Shown piece after piece: positions 1 through 13,007 of a stretch of DNA of 64,000 bases. Source of the stretch: Vicugna vicugna. Its lineage: Eukaryota. A model generated the notes under the pieces. It was not told the origin of the DNA and made no database searches. It was given only the letters and a program-made list of their open reading frames with translations. Every line of letters starts with the position of its first letter. Within the stretch, counting starts at the first letter, position 1. Location of the stretch: NCBI GenBank assembly GCA_013265495.1, contig MU058844.1:4517535-4581534 (forward strand), read 5' to 3'. The position numbers and the translations under genes were made by a program.

Positions 1-1
1 G

Positions 2-214
2 AAAAAAGAACTGGAAAATTTTGATCCTTCATTTTTTGAAGAAATTGAAGATCTGAAGTATAATTACAAAGAAGAAGTGAAAAAAAATATTCTCTTAGAA
101 GAGAAGTTAAAAAAACTTTCTGAACAGTTTGGAGTTGAATTAACTAGTCCTGTTGCTGCTTCTGAACAGTTTGAAGAAGAGGAGGAAAGTCCTATTAATT
201 TCCCTATATATTAA
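2..214 (+). CDS. CEP290: CEP290, 3' part of the last coding exon (the gene continues upstream of the window)
   Basis: Frame 2 reads KKELENFDPSFFEEIEDLKYNYKEEVKKNILLEEKLKKLSEQFGVELTSPVAASEQFEEEEESPINFPIY* (TAA 212-214), recognisable as the CEP290 C-terminus. Neighbouring C12orf29 fits the known synteny. Confidence 0.96.
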   Translation, partial: KKELENFDPSFFEEIEDLKYNYKEEVKKNILLEEKLKKLSEQFGVELTSPVAASEQFEEEEESPINFPIY

Positions 215-230
215 AGGCCACATCTGTAGT

Positions 231-248
231 TTTATTTAACTATTTATT
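231..248 (-). terminator. Candidate RLIG1 polyadenylation signals (two AATAAA on the minus strand)
   Basis: TTTATT at 231-236 and 243-248 on the plus strand. These are the first canonical hexamers I found downstream of the RLIG1 stop (999). ATTAAA variants lie at 664-669 and 981-986. Confidence 0.45.
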
Positions 249-364
249 AACTTTGTAAGTTAAAATTCCATCTGGAAATTCCATCTGGAAATCAAGCAGG
301 TCTCTGACCTACTTGCTTTGCTTTCCAATACCTTGTACCTTTACCTAAATTGAAATTTTCAGTA

Positions 365-370
365 AATAAA
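365..370 (+). terminator. Candidate CEP290 polyadenylation signal AATAAA
   Basis: First AATAAA downstream of the CEP290 stop. More occur near 809 and 897. Confidence 0.6.
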
Positions 371-998
371 ATTACATGAAAATTTCAACATATTAGAAAA
401 GTATATTTTTGAAGACTTTTAGAATAAGTCATCTATCAAACAGGCAATGAGCTGTGGTGAATTTCTGTACATTCATAATGTTTTGATTAAGAAGAGTATG
501 AGGGTAAACTTGAACAATTTTAACATGTAAAATGGGTTTTATATATACTTACATATTTATATATGTTAAGATTCTCAAATTATATATGTGTATGTATATA
601 TATGTTGAGTTTGAGCCATATGTTTTGTTAACTATCTAGCAATATTAAATTCAGCTTAAACTATTTAATTTTGAAAGTAAATGATCCAAAATTGTTCGTT
701 TAACTACTATCCATTTATAATGGACTGAATCCAACCTTTGTACAAGATGGGGAGCTTATTATTACTTATATTTTTAAGTCCAAACGTTAAAATTCATTTG
801 CTGTTTCTAAATAAAATTTTGAGTAGATATCTGCAACTGGGAAATTCATTTTTTCAAATGCTATAAGACATGTTACTTTAACATTAAACACTGAATAATA
901 AAAAGAAATCTTGAGGTATTTTTACCTTTTAAATATGGCAGAATATTCAAGATTGAAATATAACAACAATGAAGCTGATTTTTAATTGCATTTCCAGT

Positions 999-1187
999 TT
1001 ATACGCTGAGTATTATGTCATTGAGCCTACTAAATTTCTGATGATCAATTTTTGAAAAATGATTAAATAAACTCTTAGCATCAAAGGCATACTCATATTT
1101 GTTCAGGTTCATGTTGATAATAACTGGCTTTGAATTCATATAAGTATCTGGGATTGGCCAGCATAAACCAAGATGGTGGCGATGGAC
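999..1187 (-). CDS. RLIG1: RLIG1 coding exon 7 (last)
   Basis: cttttcag|[62 protein letters not shown] (TAA 1001-999). Confidence 0.94.
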   Translation of the reverse strand, partial: VHRHHLGLCWPIPDTYMNSKPVIINMNLNKYEYAFDAKSLFNHFSKIDHQKFSRLNDIILSV

Positions 1188-4100
1188 CTGAAAAGAGGAA
1201 AAAGGGTATTAGCTTCTACCCACATTCTCTTCATACACTTACAAGTATTCAGAGGGCCTACCATCTGCCAGGCACCATTTAAGGCTCCACTTCATCTTAC
1301 TCTTTTTTTTTCATAGCTGTTCTCTTCCTGACATATTACATATTTATTTGTTTATTGCTTCTATCTTCCCCATTAGAGTGTGAGCTTCATGAAGGCAGAG
1401 ACACTGTTTTGTTGACTGTGTTTCCAGCACCTGGAAACATGTCAGGAACATAATCAGGAGCTCCATAAAAATTTAATGACTAATAGAGTCTGCTGCTGAG
1501 TACAGAAGCTAGCCAACTGAAAAATGTGGGCAGAAGGCATTACAACCAAGGGGGGTGTTACGTGACAGAACACTGCTTTTTGCTCTGGTTGCAATTAGTT
1601 AAGTGTATTTAGAACATATCCAGTGTGGATGTGTTTGGGAGATGGGTGTGGAGAGTTCTGGAAATTTAACCAGGGGCCAGATCATGAAAAATCTTAATGT
1701 CACTCAACAGTTTTATGCAGGGAAGTAGTATTCTTGTTCATTTGTGAAGAGTGGACAGGACAAGACTGAAAGATATCATTTAGGAGAGTGATGAAATAGT
1801 TCAAGTGTGAATTCTGGCTTGAATTAAAATTAATAGCCAGTTGGCTGGAGAAGTCAGATGAGAATCTTTTAGAACTGATAACTGGATTTATGAAGTAATG
1901 GAGAGAGAGGTTAAAAACGATATCTAAGTTTCTGGCTTCAGTGAACACATGACTACCTGTGCAAAATCACATACACAAGTCCAGGAGACAGAAAGGGCAC
2001 AAAGTGTGAAATAATTCATTCAGTACATATTAACTGTCACCTTGATACCCCTAACAAATTCCATAATCAAGTAATTTTGAGAAATGTTGAGTAAGTTATT
2101 AGTACAGGATGTCTCAGAGAATGCTATATTCAACACGAATTTCTAAGAAGGAAATATGTGGTATGCAGAGTTCTCCAGACGTTTTCTTCACTTTAATCCT
2201 GAAGCACATCTAGAATCAAGCCCCACAGATTGAATACACATTGGGAAACAACTTTATCTTATAAAGATGGTGGCATGTGAGATGAAGAAATTAAATTTCT
2301 TTACTGCATATCAGAATTAACTGCAATTTGGAGAGTATTTTAGTGCCACTTTGTTTTAAGAATATGAAATGACAGAACACCACTATTTTCCGCCATTACC
2401 TTAATTAAACAGCCATCATTGCAATGCCACACTATTCCTTCAATTTTACCCTCTCTGCAACCTTCAAACCAGGACAGCAGATCATTGTGCTTCAAGGTAG
2501 GTAGATTTCTTATTTGAAATGCTCCATGTGGTATAAGAAGATGTAACGGATGCTTCTTGCTTCCTAACCCTAAAATTGTAAAAATTTGCTATTAGCCATA
2601 CAAAAGTTTCAAAAAGACAGAAAATTTCTCTCTCCAAATAAAAACAGACTTATCAATGTAAATTCCACCTTTGTGTGCTCTACACTGGGAGCTGACAAAC
2701 TATGGCGTCTGGACCAAACCCAGCCAGATGCCTATTTTTCTAAATTGTTTCAATGGAGTACAGCCACACCCATTCATTTAAGTACTGTCTGTGGCCTGTT
2801 TCAGAGGTATGGCCCAAAAAACCTAAATGTTTACTGTCTGGTCTTTTGTAGAAAAAGTTCACCAATCCGTCCTCTAAATCATCAGCCACATTCAACTAAC
2901 ATTCAGTGTTTGCCAAGCAGCCATGTTGTGTGTGTAACTTGTATAATTACTATTTTAGCTTCTTCTCACCTGCCAATCTATCTGCTTCTGATCTCTACAG
3001 AGTATTTTGCTACTCAGCTTCAATACCCGTGGGTCTGTCTTCATTCTCCTGTCAACAATGAACTCCATAGTGCCCTGAGGACTTGTACTCAGTTCATCAT
3101 GGTATATATTCTGATGACTGATGTGCTATTCATTGCCAATTTTTTAATTTTTCCCTTAGCCATTAATTAATGCTAAATTAACTGCCTAGCCATGAAAAGC
3201 AACCTAAGTGCCCATCAACAGATGAATGGATAAAGATGTGGTGTGTACACACACAAACTGCAATACTACTCAACCAAAAAATAAAATAAAATCTTGCCAT
3301 TTGCGACAACATGGATGGACCTGAAGGGTATTATGCTAAGTGAAGTCAGAGAAAGACAAATCCTGTATGATTTCACTTACATATGTAATCTAAAAAACAA
3401 AACAAATGAACAAACATAACAAAACAGGAAGAGTTATAGACAGAACAAAAAAATTTCTGCCAGAGGGAAGTGTGTCAAAGAGAAGAAAAATAGGTAAGGG
3501 AGAGTAAGGTACAAACTTACAGTTGAAAAATAAATGAGTCACAGATATAAAATGTACAGTGTGGGGATAGTTAATAACTACGTAGGATCTTTGTATGGTG
3601 ACAGATCATAACTAGACTTACTGTGATCATTCTGAAATGCATGGAAATACTGAATCACTATTTTGTGTAACAGGAACTAACAAAGTTTTATAGGTCAATT
3701 ATACTTCAAAAACAAACACACCCATGGAAAAAGAGATCAGATTTGCGGTTATCAGAAGTGGGGGTGATGGGAGGGGGAACTGGATGAAGGCAGTCAAAAG
3801 GTACACACTTCCAGTTAAAAGATAAATAAGTACTAGGGATAATGCACATGATAAATTAGCACTGCTGTGTTATATATGAAAGTTGTTAAGAGTAAATCCT
3901 AAGAGTTCTCATCACAAGAAAAAAATTTTTTCTTCTATTTCTTTAATTTTGAATCTATATAACATGATGGATAGTCACTAAACTTACTGTGATAATCATT
4001 TCATGATATATATAAGTCAAATAATGCTGTACACCTTAAACTTATACAGTGCTATATGTCAATTATATCTCAATTAAACTGGAGGGGAAAAAACATATCA

Positions 4101-7100
4101 TGACTTTCAACTCAGTTCACCTAAGTTTTAAAAAGGAATGAAAAGTTACATTTGATTAATTACTTTCATACATGGTTCTATAATGTTATTACAGTAAAGA
4201 ATGAGAGGCTCAAATGAACCTTTTGGATTAATGAGTCATGCAAAAATTTCTCCATGGACATAAAATTTAGAAATAGCTATAATCCTAGAAAGCTATTTAT
4301 TAGTTGAATTTATTAGTCATTTCTTTAGTGTGTATTGTTTTCAGCTGAACCTAGAAGTTGTATCTATAAATGACAGTCACTGTAACTGAACAGGAAAAAC
4401 GCTTTACTCACCATATGGGTTTCCATTAATATTGGTTCCTATAAGCTCCAGTGTTTGTTCTAAGAGATCTGACAGTGGCACTGCACTAATTTCCAAAAGA
4501 CCAGGATCATCAGAATGATGCTTCAGTACCAGTGCAATTTCAAATTCATAATTAACTACCGAAGAATGCCAGCAATACTGTTTGTTGTTTTTCTCCACTG
4601 GTACCCAACCTATCATTTAAAGAAAGAAGTGTTTTTTTTCATTACATTGTTTTTCTTTGGATTGAGACTTGAGGTAATTTTAATTTCTGTTCTAAATTTT
4701 CCATATTTTCTGGATGTTCTATCACACAAAAGTATCACTGAATATCGGTGGACATGTTAACAGTTTCACTGCTTTTTAAATCCTATTTTTTTTTTAATCA
4801 TAAGATTTCATTCTTGATTCTGTTGAGGAATTAACCTATTTGACTATTCACTACAGAGCACCTAGAATTTTTTTTACTAGAAAATTCACCGTTTCAATAA
4901 GAACTGAGCACCATTCTACATTACACAGCATTAAAACCTTTTTTATTTTCTCTCCACCTTCTCTCTAATTTCAAGGGCAGTAGTAAGGGTTTCACAATTG
5001 ATTGTATTGTCCCAATATTTGCTGAACAATGTATTGATTTCACATTTATTGAATGTCACTGTTATTCCCTTCCTAACTCCTGTTGTCAGATTAGGCTTCC
5101 TCACTGCGGAGAATTCTTTATTTAAAAAAGAAAAAAAAAAAAAAGACAAACTAGGGCATATATGCCATTACGACCATCACATCTTTGGCATTCATTATTC
5201 ACCCAGATTACTGTAATAACCTCTGCCGGTCTGCTAGTCTCCAATGAAACCCACCCCACTTTTATCATAGTTCTATTTCAAAAATTTTAATTTAGTTCTG
5301 CTGTAGCTCTGCTTAATAATCATCTTCAGTACAAACTTCAAACTAATTTAGATGCAATACAAATATTTTTAAGATCTGAGTCTGTTCCATATCTCCAGCC
5401 TCAATTTTTATAACCTCCTCAAATGTCACACACCCTACACAATACAGCCACAATGAAGTGTTATTTAAAATTTCTAAAAGACTCATGATCTCTCCCGTTT
5501 GTGAGAGTTTGCTGAAGCTGAACTTCTCCCTTCCTTACCAACTAACGTTCTGGTTCTTAAACTTCAGTATAAATGTCACTCCCCTCAGAAGCTTCCTCTA
5601 ACCACCACAGGTTGAAGTAGGAGTTCTTCCTCTTTTCTCCAATTGTACCCTGTATCTTACTTCCTTTCAGTTCTTAAGTCATACTATTATTGGCAGATTT
5701 GTCCTTAATATCTAAAAGATCATCAAGGATAAGGGCTCTGGTCTCCATTGTTGTATTACTAGAAAGAGAGCTTTGCACATTATAGGTTCTCTGGTCATGC
5801 CTGCTGGACTCACCCTTAATCTGAGCTCTCTTTCTACTCAGCACACTTTTGCAACATTTTCCCATCCTCAGAAGAACTACCGTGAGACATCTATTTTCAC
5901 GTCCATTCGCTGCAAAAGTCTTCAAGGATCTTTGCAAAAAATATATACGTATTGTTATCCCCAGTCTAAAAAATAACGGTTTCTTAATATCCTATTTCAG
6001 ACTAGATCAATTACACTGCCTATCTTGACAACATGCACGTCAGGGCTAGTCCCACTCAATGCTTTCGTGTTCACAGACTACAGGTGGTACCCTATCCATC
6101 TTAGGAAACATTCTAAACCCGAGAGGATGTTCTTGAGATGAAACTTCGTTGGTATAAACTGTAAATTAGACTCACATTTTTTGCTATATAGATAAGTACC
6201 ATGAAGAACCACATTAAAATTAAATTCTGTATTTGGCAACTGAATGCTCTTTTGTTCTTTATACTAGTAAACACAAAACTGTATTTTAGAAGCGATTTCA
6301 TAATACCAGGAATGTGTCCATTTTCATCAGGCATCGGATTCCCATTTAATTGTTCTATTTCCTTCGCTGGTATCCAGCACTCTGGAACAGGTTTGAAGTC
6401 CTCCTCAACATTCCAAAAAAATTCTAAAAGAGTCAAATAATCTTATGTGTGGCAATACTTTAAAAAATATAAACTAGTGAAGAAATTCAAAAACAGCTAA
6501 TGAAACTTATAATATGAGGTACCATATAATTCTTCATTTATTATTAGCACAATGTGACTACTCAGGGTGAAAGTACTGACACCTTAAATTTTCAATTTTG
6601 AACCTGTCCCCATCTGTAATAGTAGATAACAGTCTAACTAAAGCAGCCAGTATTTCAGTATGTGTAGATTTATGATAAATTATTAATGCACTAAGAATAT
6701 AAATATATGTAAAGATTAGATTATATATAAGTAGATATATAATGATGAATGTATATATCTACTTATATACTTAGAGGCATTTAATATAATAATTAAAAAT
6801 ATTAATAATCCTTTGATATTTGTACCTGATTTATAAAATTACCTATTTATCTCTTAGGCAGACAAAACCAAAATGTGTCACTCATTATAATATATATACA
6901 GTAGGTCGTATATTTTAGTAAAATTGACATACTATAATGAGGAGTCACAGAAATGTTAAAACATTTTGAAATATTTTTCTAGCATATTCTTTTACATATA
7001 AAAATATTCAAGTATAATGTTCTTCTTTCCCCAAAGTAGTTAAATTGTAAAGGACATTCTGTATAGAATACCGTAACAAGAAATAAGTAAAAAATTTCAG

Positions 7101-10100
7101 CTTACTTAAATCATGAAAAGCTTAAAAAAAAAAGATCCACTAACCTTTTGAATTTTGTTTTGAATGTAGAAAATTTTTAAATCTTTTCTCAGCTACTTTG
7201 TTAGGTTTTCTATCCAGCCGAGCCCAAAGGTATGGCTGACCTAGAAAATAATAAAAGGAAAAAAAGTTTAAGGCAAACAGTAAAATTTATCTTGAAAGAC
7301 ATTTCGGTATAAAAGTTTTCAATACACAGTAGGGCTCATCTTTTCTAAAAGAAGCAACCCAGGAGACAAGGGAAAATGTGCGGTGTAACAGACACATCCT
7401 ACCTAGCAGTACGTGATGTTGTAAGACTTCAGTCTTTGGTTCAAGAATGATGGGGATGAGATAAAAAGCAAACGTGAGTCTTGTAAGGACATTCCACAGC
7501 CATTCTTTATTAGTAACTAGCATTTATGAGAAACTGAAGCTACCTCTATTTTAAATTGAAACATAACCAGAAAGTTGTATTCACACCTTCCCTGAAAGCA
7601 TCACAGCTATATGTTATGAGGGTTAATTCCCAAAACTGTGGAGTGAGGCTGAGTTGTTTTACATGGCTCTCAGCCGGTCAAGGCATGGAACACTGATTAA
7701 CACTCTGCAGTCACGGATCTGAGATGTTCCGGGACAGTGAGCCAGCCAGCAGTCTTTATTGAGAACAGTGAGTCTAATGAGTTGCACCTGGTCTCAGTGA
7801 GGCTCCTGGAGGGCTCTCCTTGTTGAGGCCGATTACTCAGCAGGAAGATGCCTTCCTGACCAGCAAAATATAAAAATCCCCAGCTGACACTCCATTTCAG
7901 ATTCCCTGTTTCTGAGGTGTTCCCTGATTTGAGAAAGTATGTCCTGCTACGATTTGGCAGGAAGTCAGGAGAAGAGTTGGAGGAGAACTATAGAAGTTTT
8001 TACCCAGTCTCACCAGACTCTGCTATGAGATAGTCTCTGGTTGTGATGTACATCTTTGCTTTTAATGCCCTTGCTGTATTGTATTTCCTTCACCTGTAAT
8101 AAACTGTGGATTTGCAAGCATTGCCATTTGGGGTCCTGTAAGTTTAGCAATCCAATCTTGTTTAACTGTCTCCATTATACATAATTACATATAGTGATGC
8201 TCATTGAAGTTTCTTACTATAAATACAAAAGTCTAAAAAAATCCTTTATAATTTCTTCAAATATATAAATCAGGGGTTTCAAAAATTATTGATTATAGTT
8301 TGGTTTAGACATTCTATATTATATATTAGATATACCAATAAACAATATAAAGAACCAGATTAAAATTACAGTACCATTTCTGGTTGAATGGACCTTTTGT
8401 TCTTTTTACAAGTAAACATAAAAAATGCATTGTATTCACACTCATTAAAATGCCTACTATTAAAATAAAAACAAAATAAGTGTTGGTGAGAATGTGGAGA
8501 AACTGGAAACTTTCTGCCCTCTTGGTAGGAGTGTAAATGGTGCAGCTGCTATGGAAAACATATGACAGTTCCTCAAAAAGTCAAATAGAATTACTATATA
8601 ATCCAGCAATTCCACTTTTGGATATAGGCCCAAAAGAACTGAAAGCAGAGACTCAAAGAGATATCTGTCTACCATATTCATACCAACATTGTTCACAACA
8701 GCCGATAGGTGGAAGCATTTCAAGTATACACTGATGGATGAATGGTATATACACACAAGTATGTGGTATATACAAACTTGCAGTATATACACACACTGAA
8801 ATACTATTCAGCCTTAAAAAGGAAATTCTGATATGCACTACAACATGGAAGAATCTTGAGGACAATATATACATGAAGTAAGCCAATCACAAAAAGACAA
8901 ATACTGTATGACTCCACTTATATTTAGTACCTACAGTAGTCAAAATCCTAAAGACAAAGTAGAATGACGGTTGCCAAGGGCTGGAAGAAGGGGGAGTGGT
9001 GAGTTGTTCAATGGATATAGTTTTAGTTTTACAAGATGAAGAGAGTTCTGGAGATGGATGGTGTTGACAGCACAACAATGTGAACTACATACCACTGGAC
9101 CTACAGTTAAAAATGGTTAACATGGTAAATTTTATGTTATGTGTATTTTGCACAATTAAAAATTTTAAAATGCATTTCAGAAGAGATTTCTTGATATGAG
9201 GAATGTGTCCAATATGCATTTAACTGTTGTATTTCTCTTGTTGGAACTGAGAGGTAATTTCACTATCCAGAAAAAAAATCACAAAGATTATTACCCTCTT
9301 TTAATGCATTTTTTCCTTAATATGGTTGACAACTTCTGAGTCTCTACCTCCTTTAAAGTACATTAAAATGAAATAAATAAGAGACGTTGCCAATAGTGAT
9401 AAAAACAGTGGAATCAGCACTGGGGTTGGGGAGACAAGAACAAGCTTTAGGGTCAGACACAGCTAGGTCCTATCACCAGTTCAGCCCTTCATTAACTATA
9501 TGGACTTGGAAAAATTATTTATGCTCTCTGAGCTTCGGTCTCCACTTCTGTGAAATGGAGAGGCTTATTGTGCAAATTAGAGATAATATGTACAAAGAAT
9601 TTATCACACTGTCTGTTCTTAATGGGTATTAAGTAAACATCAGTTATCTTCCTTTCCTCCCCAAGAGAAAGATACTAGATAATAAATACGTATAACATAA
9701 CAATTGTGACTTTATTATTTTCCTATTATACTCAGGTTTCCAAGGGTTTATGAAAAGTAATGCTCCATTTCAGATATATATAGTTCAAGTGATCAAGAAA
9801 AATAATATTTGTAGTATAGTTTTATTTTACCTTTGTAGGTAGTAACATAACAACATGTTCCATCCACTTTTTCTGTTGGAATTGCACTGTATATATCTGC
9901 ATCTAATGCCTTGTGACTTATAGTTTCAGTTGCCAAAACTTTAAATGGCTTAAAAAAGAGAGAGAGAAAACTGGTTTAAGATAAACAGCCTCTATGCCTT
10001 TGCACACACTCTCACCTGGGACGTTCTTAATTTCACAAGTTCTGAGGGACCTTTGAGACCATTTAAAAAATACTTCGGTGAAATTCTTACAAATCACCCC

Positions 10101-13007
10101 CTCCCCTTCTATGCTCTCACAGCAATACGTGTTTTCCCGCACAGGTTTGTAATTACAGTTGACTCTTAAACAACACACGTCGAACTGTGCGTTTGAACCC
10201 ACGTATATGCACGTTTTTTCCAACAGTAAATACTGCAGTACTACCATTCACAGTTGAATCCCAGATCCAGAACCACGGATACGGAGGAAAACTCAAATGT
10301 GAGGGCAAGCCACAAGTTATACTAGGGTTTTTCTGGTATTGTTCATGGGCCAACTGTATTCACACGTTTCTTTACCCACTGCAATTAGCTTGACTCCAGG
10401 AACCATGTCCTACGCAGAGCTGCATCCCTAGTTCAAGTGTTCTGTGTGTTCAGTCGTTTACCTGACAATCATTGGCTAAATGACTCCTATGGGTGAAGAG
10501 TTGTCCTCAGCACTGGGATACAGGTGAACACAACAGTACCTGCCCTTGGTGGAACTTTCATTTTAAGACAGCAGTGACAAAATGCACAGTGCCCTGTTTG
10601 ATACGATTAAGTGCTAAGGAGAAAAACAAACGGGGACCCTCTTAGATTTATCAGTAGTAAATTGCGCATTTAATTTGTGGTTTTTCTACTGTCAGGAAGA
10701 CAAGCCAAAAGAGCGCCAGAAATGGAAGAAAAGACAGTTTCTATGCTTCGTGCCAATTTTTTTATCTGTAATTTATTTTAATTTGAGGACTTATGCCAGT
10801 GTTTTACTGTCTAAATTATCTGAAGTAACATTCATCTTATATGATGTGAAAAACATTGCACAACATAAACATTATACTGGTGTAATAGGCTTAAGACTAA
10901 TAAATGAAGTACTATTTCAGAGTCAGGCAAACTTAGGAAATTAGCCCCATTCTGGTACTGATCCAGTACTTTTAAGATAAAACTGAATGGTTGGGGATTC
11001 ATCACTAACTTGTAACACTGGTATCAGAGGATATCAATTTGCCCTGTGGTGGCAGAACCAGGGTTTGGCCGGGTAGTGTTTATCAAATATTCTAGGGAGA
11101 ATTTACTCTGGAGTTCCCGAGGAGTACAAATGCCCCTTTCATAAGAACGAATTATCTACCCCTCTTTGCTACTGACACGTCCAAAGGGCAACCTAAGATA
11201 CCAAAGGGTACACAAAATTCTTCTCTACCTGTCACTGGAGACTTCAAACTATGACTGAAAAAAGAAGGCATGTGTGTTTAAAAAGCGAGTATGAAATGAC
11301 AGGTCCTCTACAATTTCTGGGCAGGGGAAATCACTGGATAACTAAGCTGAGCAATATTCCATAGAGAAGGTCTGATATGAAGAATTTTAAATTCTGGTAG
11401 TGCTCTAGGCAGAGTGTGTAGCCTGAGCATGAACACAGAGAGACAACTATGTCTGGTATGTTCACGGGATGAAACAGACTTTGCTAGAACAGACTTCACT
11501 TAAGTAGGCACCTCAGTGACAAACGCACATTGCATTTTCCGCTGCAATGAGCACAGGAGCTTCCTGGCGGGTGCAACAGACACTCTAAGACTGGGACTAA
11601 TTCATGGGAATTCTTGAATTACACTTAAGATTGGATGCTACGCTATAAACAATGCTATAAGCTATTCTTAACTGCAGAGGGACAAGAGATGGGGCTTATT
11701 TCTCCTGGTAGAGGCGGCTATCATCAATTACTCCCTCTCCATCCCCAACATACAAAGTTAAGAAGCACAGCTAGCGTGAAGCACTATTCAGGATGACACT
11801 GTTTCATATGAATTGAGTTTGTTAGAGTTAAAATAAAAGCTTGACAACTACTGCTACAGACATTTAGGAGTAACTGCGGGGTTGTGACCAGGAAAGAATG
11901 TAATGCCGATCATTCTGGGTGGCAATATAGTAAACAGGTAGTGCAACAACAGAGCATAAAATATTAAGGAATTGTAACAGTGATGGCAGTAGATTCTCTT
12001 CTACTGTTATACGGTAAAAAGCGTTAAGGTAGAGGGAAAACTGGCATGAAATGACGCCAGGGTTCCTTCTTTAATTCAATCAATATTTATCCAGTGCATG
12101 TGTCAGGTCCTAGAAACTGGGACTAGAGATAACAGGGTACTCTTGGCCTTAAAGGTCTTTTAGTCTGGAAGACATGAAGGCCAGTGTCAATGATGTTAAG
12201 GGGAGGTGAGGGTTGATGTCAAACGCACAAGCTGATTTTGTATGAGCTGGAAGTACCCAGATGCTAATGGGATTCTGCTATCAAGGACTTTGCCGTATAT
12301 TAAAGAATAATCCTGATACAGGATCATTCACCGGTATGTATTAAGGACCCTCTACGTGTAAAACACGGTGTTGAGAGAATAGAAAACCTTGAGATGAGAA
12401 TATCAAAATTAGAATCAAGTAGGTAATTACAAGGTCTGATCTTCAGTGACCCAACTAGGTTAGCTGTCAACACTGCCATGGGTTCCCAGGTTAGAACAGG
12501 TGAAGCAACTCTTCTAAAAATCTCCACTTTGTCACCACACTAGTAAAAAGTAGTAAAGCTTGTTTTGCAGTGATTACGTGAATTCTTGAGGGGTTTTCCT
12601 CAAAAGGTGGTAATGTGAGAAGGAAGGTACATTATTTAAGATACAGTTTTTCAATTTCCATGCGATGACCAGTTTGAATCGCCCGGTAAGAAAAATTCTG
12701 TCCCATATTCCCTCCCTTGCAACTCAGAAGGTACAAGAACCTGGAGCTCGGGGCGTAGGAGGCCCGTCCCCTAGACCGCCCCAGCGAAACCTGCAGAAAC
12801 CCCCGGCCTGCAGAGCGGCTCAAACGCGCCGGGGTGCCCGGCTGGGTTCAAACCCAGCCGGCGCCGCGGGGAGGAGCTCACGCGCGGCCGCCCCGCCAGC
12901 CCCGCGCTCCTCGGTACCTGATGCTCCCTTTTGGTGGAAGGCTCCTCTTTCACCTCCGTCACGAACACACACGGCATTTTCCTCTGCACAGAGCCCAGGC
13001 GCCTCAT
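999..13007 (-). CDS. RLIG1: RLIG1 (C12orf29), ATP-dependent 5'-3' RNA ligase; 7 coding exons, 325 aa
   Basis: Exons 13007-12918, 9948-9831, 7240-7145, 6423-6307, 4609-4412, 2569-2400 and 1187-999. All introns are GT-AG with compatible phases. Total 978 nt = 325 aa + stop. The protein runs [23 protein letters not shown]...[10 protein letters not shown]...ARLDRK...TLELIG...IEGIVWH...LIKVHRHH...NDIILSV*. An extra in-frame ATG lies at 13010. Confidence 0.96.
2400..2569 (-). CDS. RLIG1: RLIG1 coding exon 6
   Basis: attttag|(G)[56 protein letters not shown]|gtaatg. Confidence 0.94.
2690..2870 (+). mobile_element. MER58A-like hAT-Charlie DNA transposon remnant
   Basis: gctgacaaactatggc...ttactgtctggtcttttgtagaaaaagtt ends typical of MER58. 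Confidence 0.55.
3189..4092 (+). mobile_element. L1 3'-end fragments (L1MA/L1MB-type)
   Basis: Hallmark L1 3' motifs: caacctaagtgcccatcaacagatgaatggataaag, acaacatggatggacctgaagggtattatgctaagtgaa, tgtacaccttaaacttatacagtg, and an A-rich tail. Confidence 0.8.
4412..4609 (-). CDS. RLIG1: RLIG1 coding exon 5
   Basis: atgatag|(G)[16 protein letters not shown]...[18 protein letters not shown]|gtgagt; contained in ORF 4404..4616. Confidence 0.94.
6307..6423 (-). CDS. RLIG1: RLIG1 coding exon 4
   Basis: cttttag|(E)[38 protein letters not shown]|gtatta; contained in ORF 6113..6436. Confidence 0.93.
7145..7240 (-). CDS. RLIG1: RLIG1 coding exon 3
   Basis: ttttctag|(G)[31 protein letters not shown]|gttagt. 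Confidence 0.93.
7612..8181 (+). mobile_element. Probable solo LTR (ERVL-type) in RLIG1 intron 2
   Basis: TG...CA-bounded block of about 570 bp, richer in GC than its flanks, with internal AATAAA (8098-8103). Family not determined. Confidence 0.4.
8440..9165 (+). mobile_element. L1MB-type 3' fragment
   Basis: Motifs tgttggtgagaatgtggagaaactggaa, atccagcaattccacttttggatata and aaaatggttaacatggtaaattttatgttatgtgtatttt. Confidence 0.85.
9420..9645 (+). mobile_element. MIR SINE
   Basis: Core-like sequence tctctgagcttcggtctccacttctgtgaaatggag...attagagataatatgtacaaag. Confidence 0.6.
9831..9948 (-). CDS. RLIG1: RLIG1 coding exon 2 (motif I KxDG)
   Basis: ttttaag|[40 protein letters not shown]|gtaaaa; the K57 codon is at 9870-9868. 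Confidence 0.94.
10156..10356. mobile_element. Tigger2/MER8-like TcMar DNA transposon
   Basis: TA-flanked element with inverted ends: ta|CAGTTGAC...GGCCAACTG|ta. Confidence 0.7.

Noticed and set aside
2586..3170. 194-aa plus-strand ORF
   Set aside because: TTG start, intronic and antisense to RLIG1, overlaps a MER58-like repeat, no recognisable protein features.
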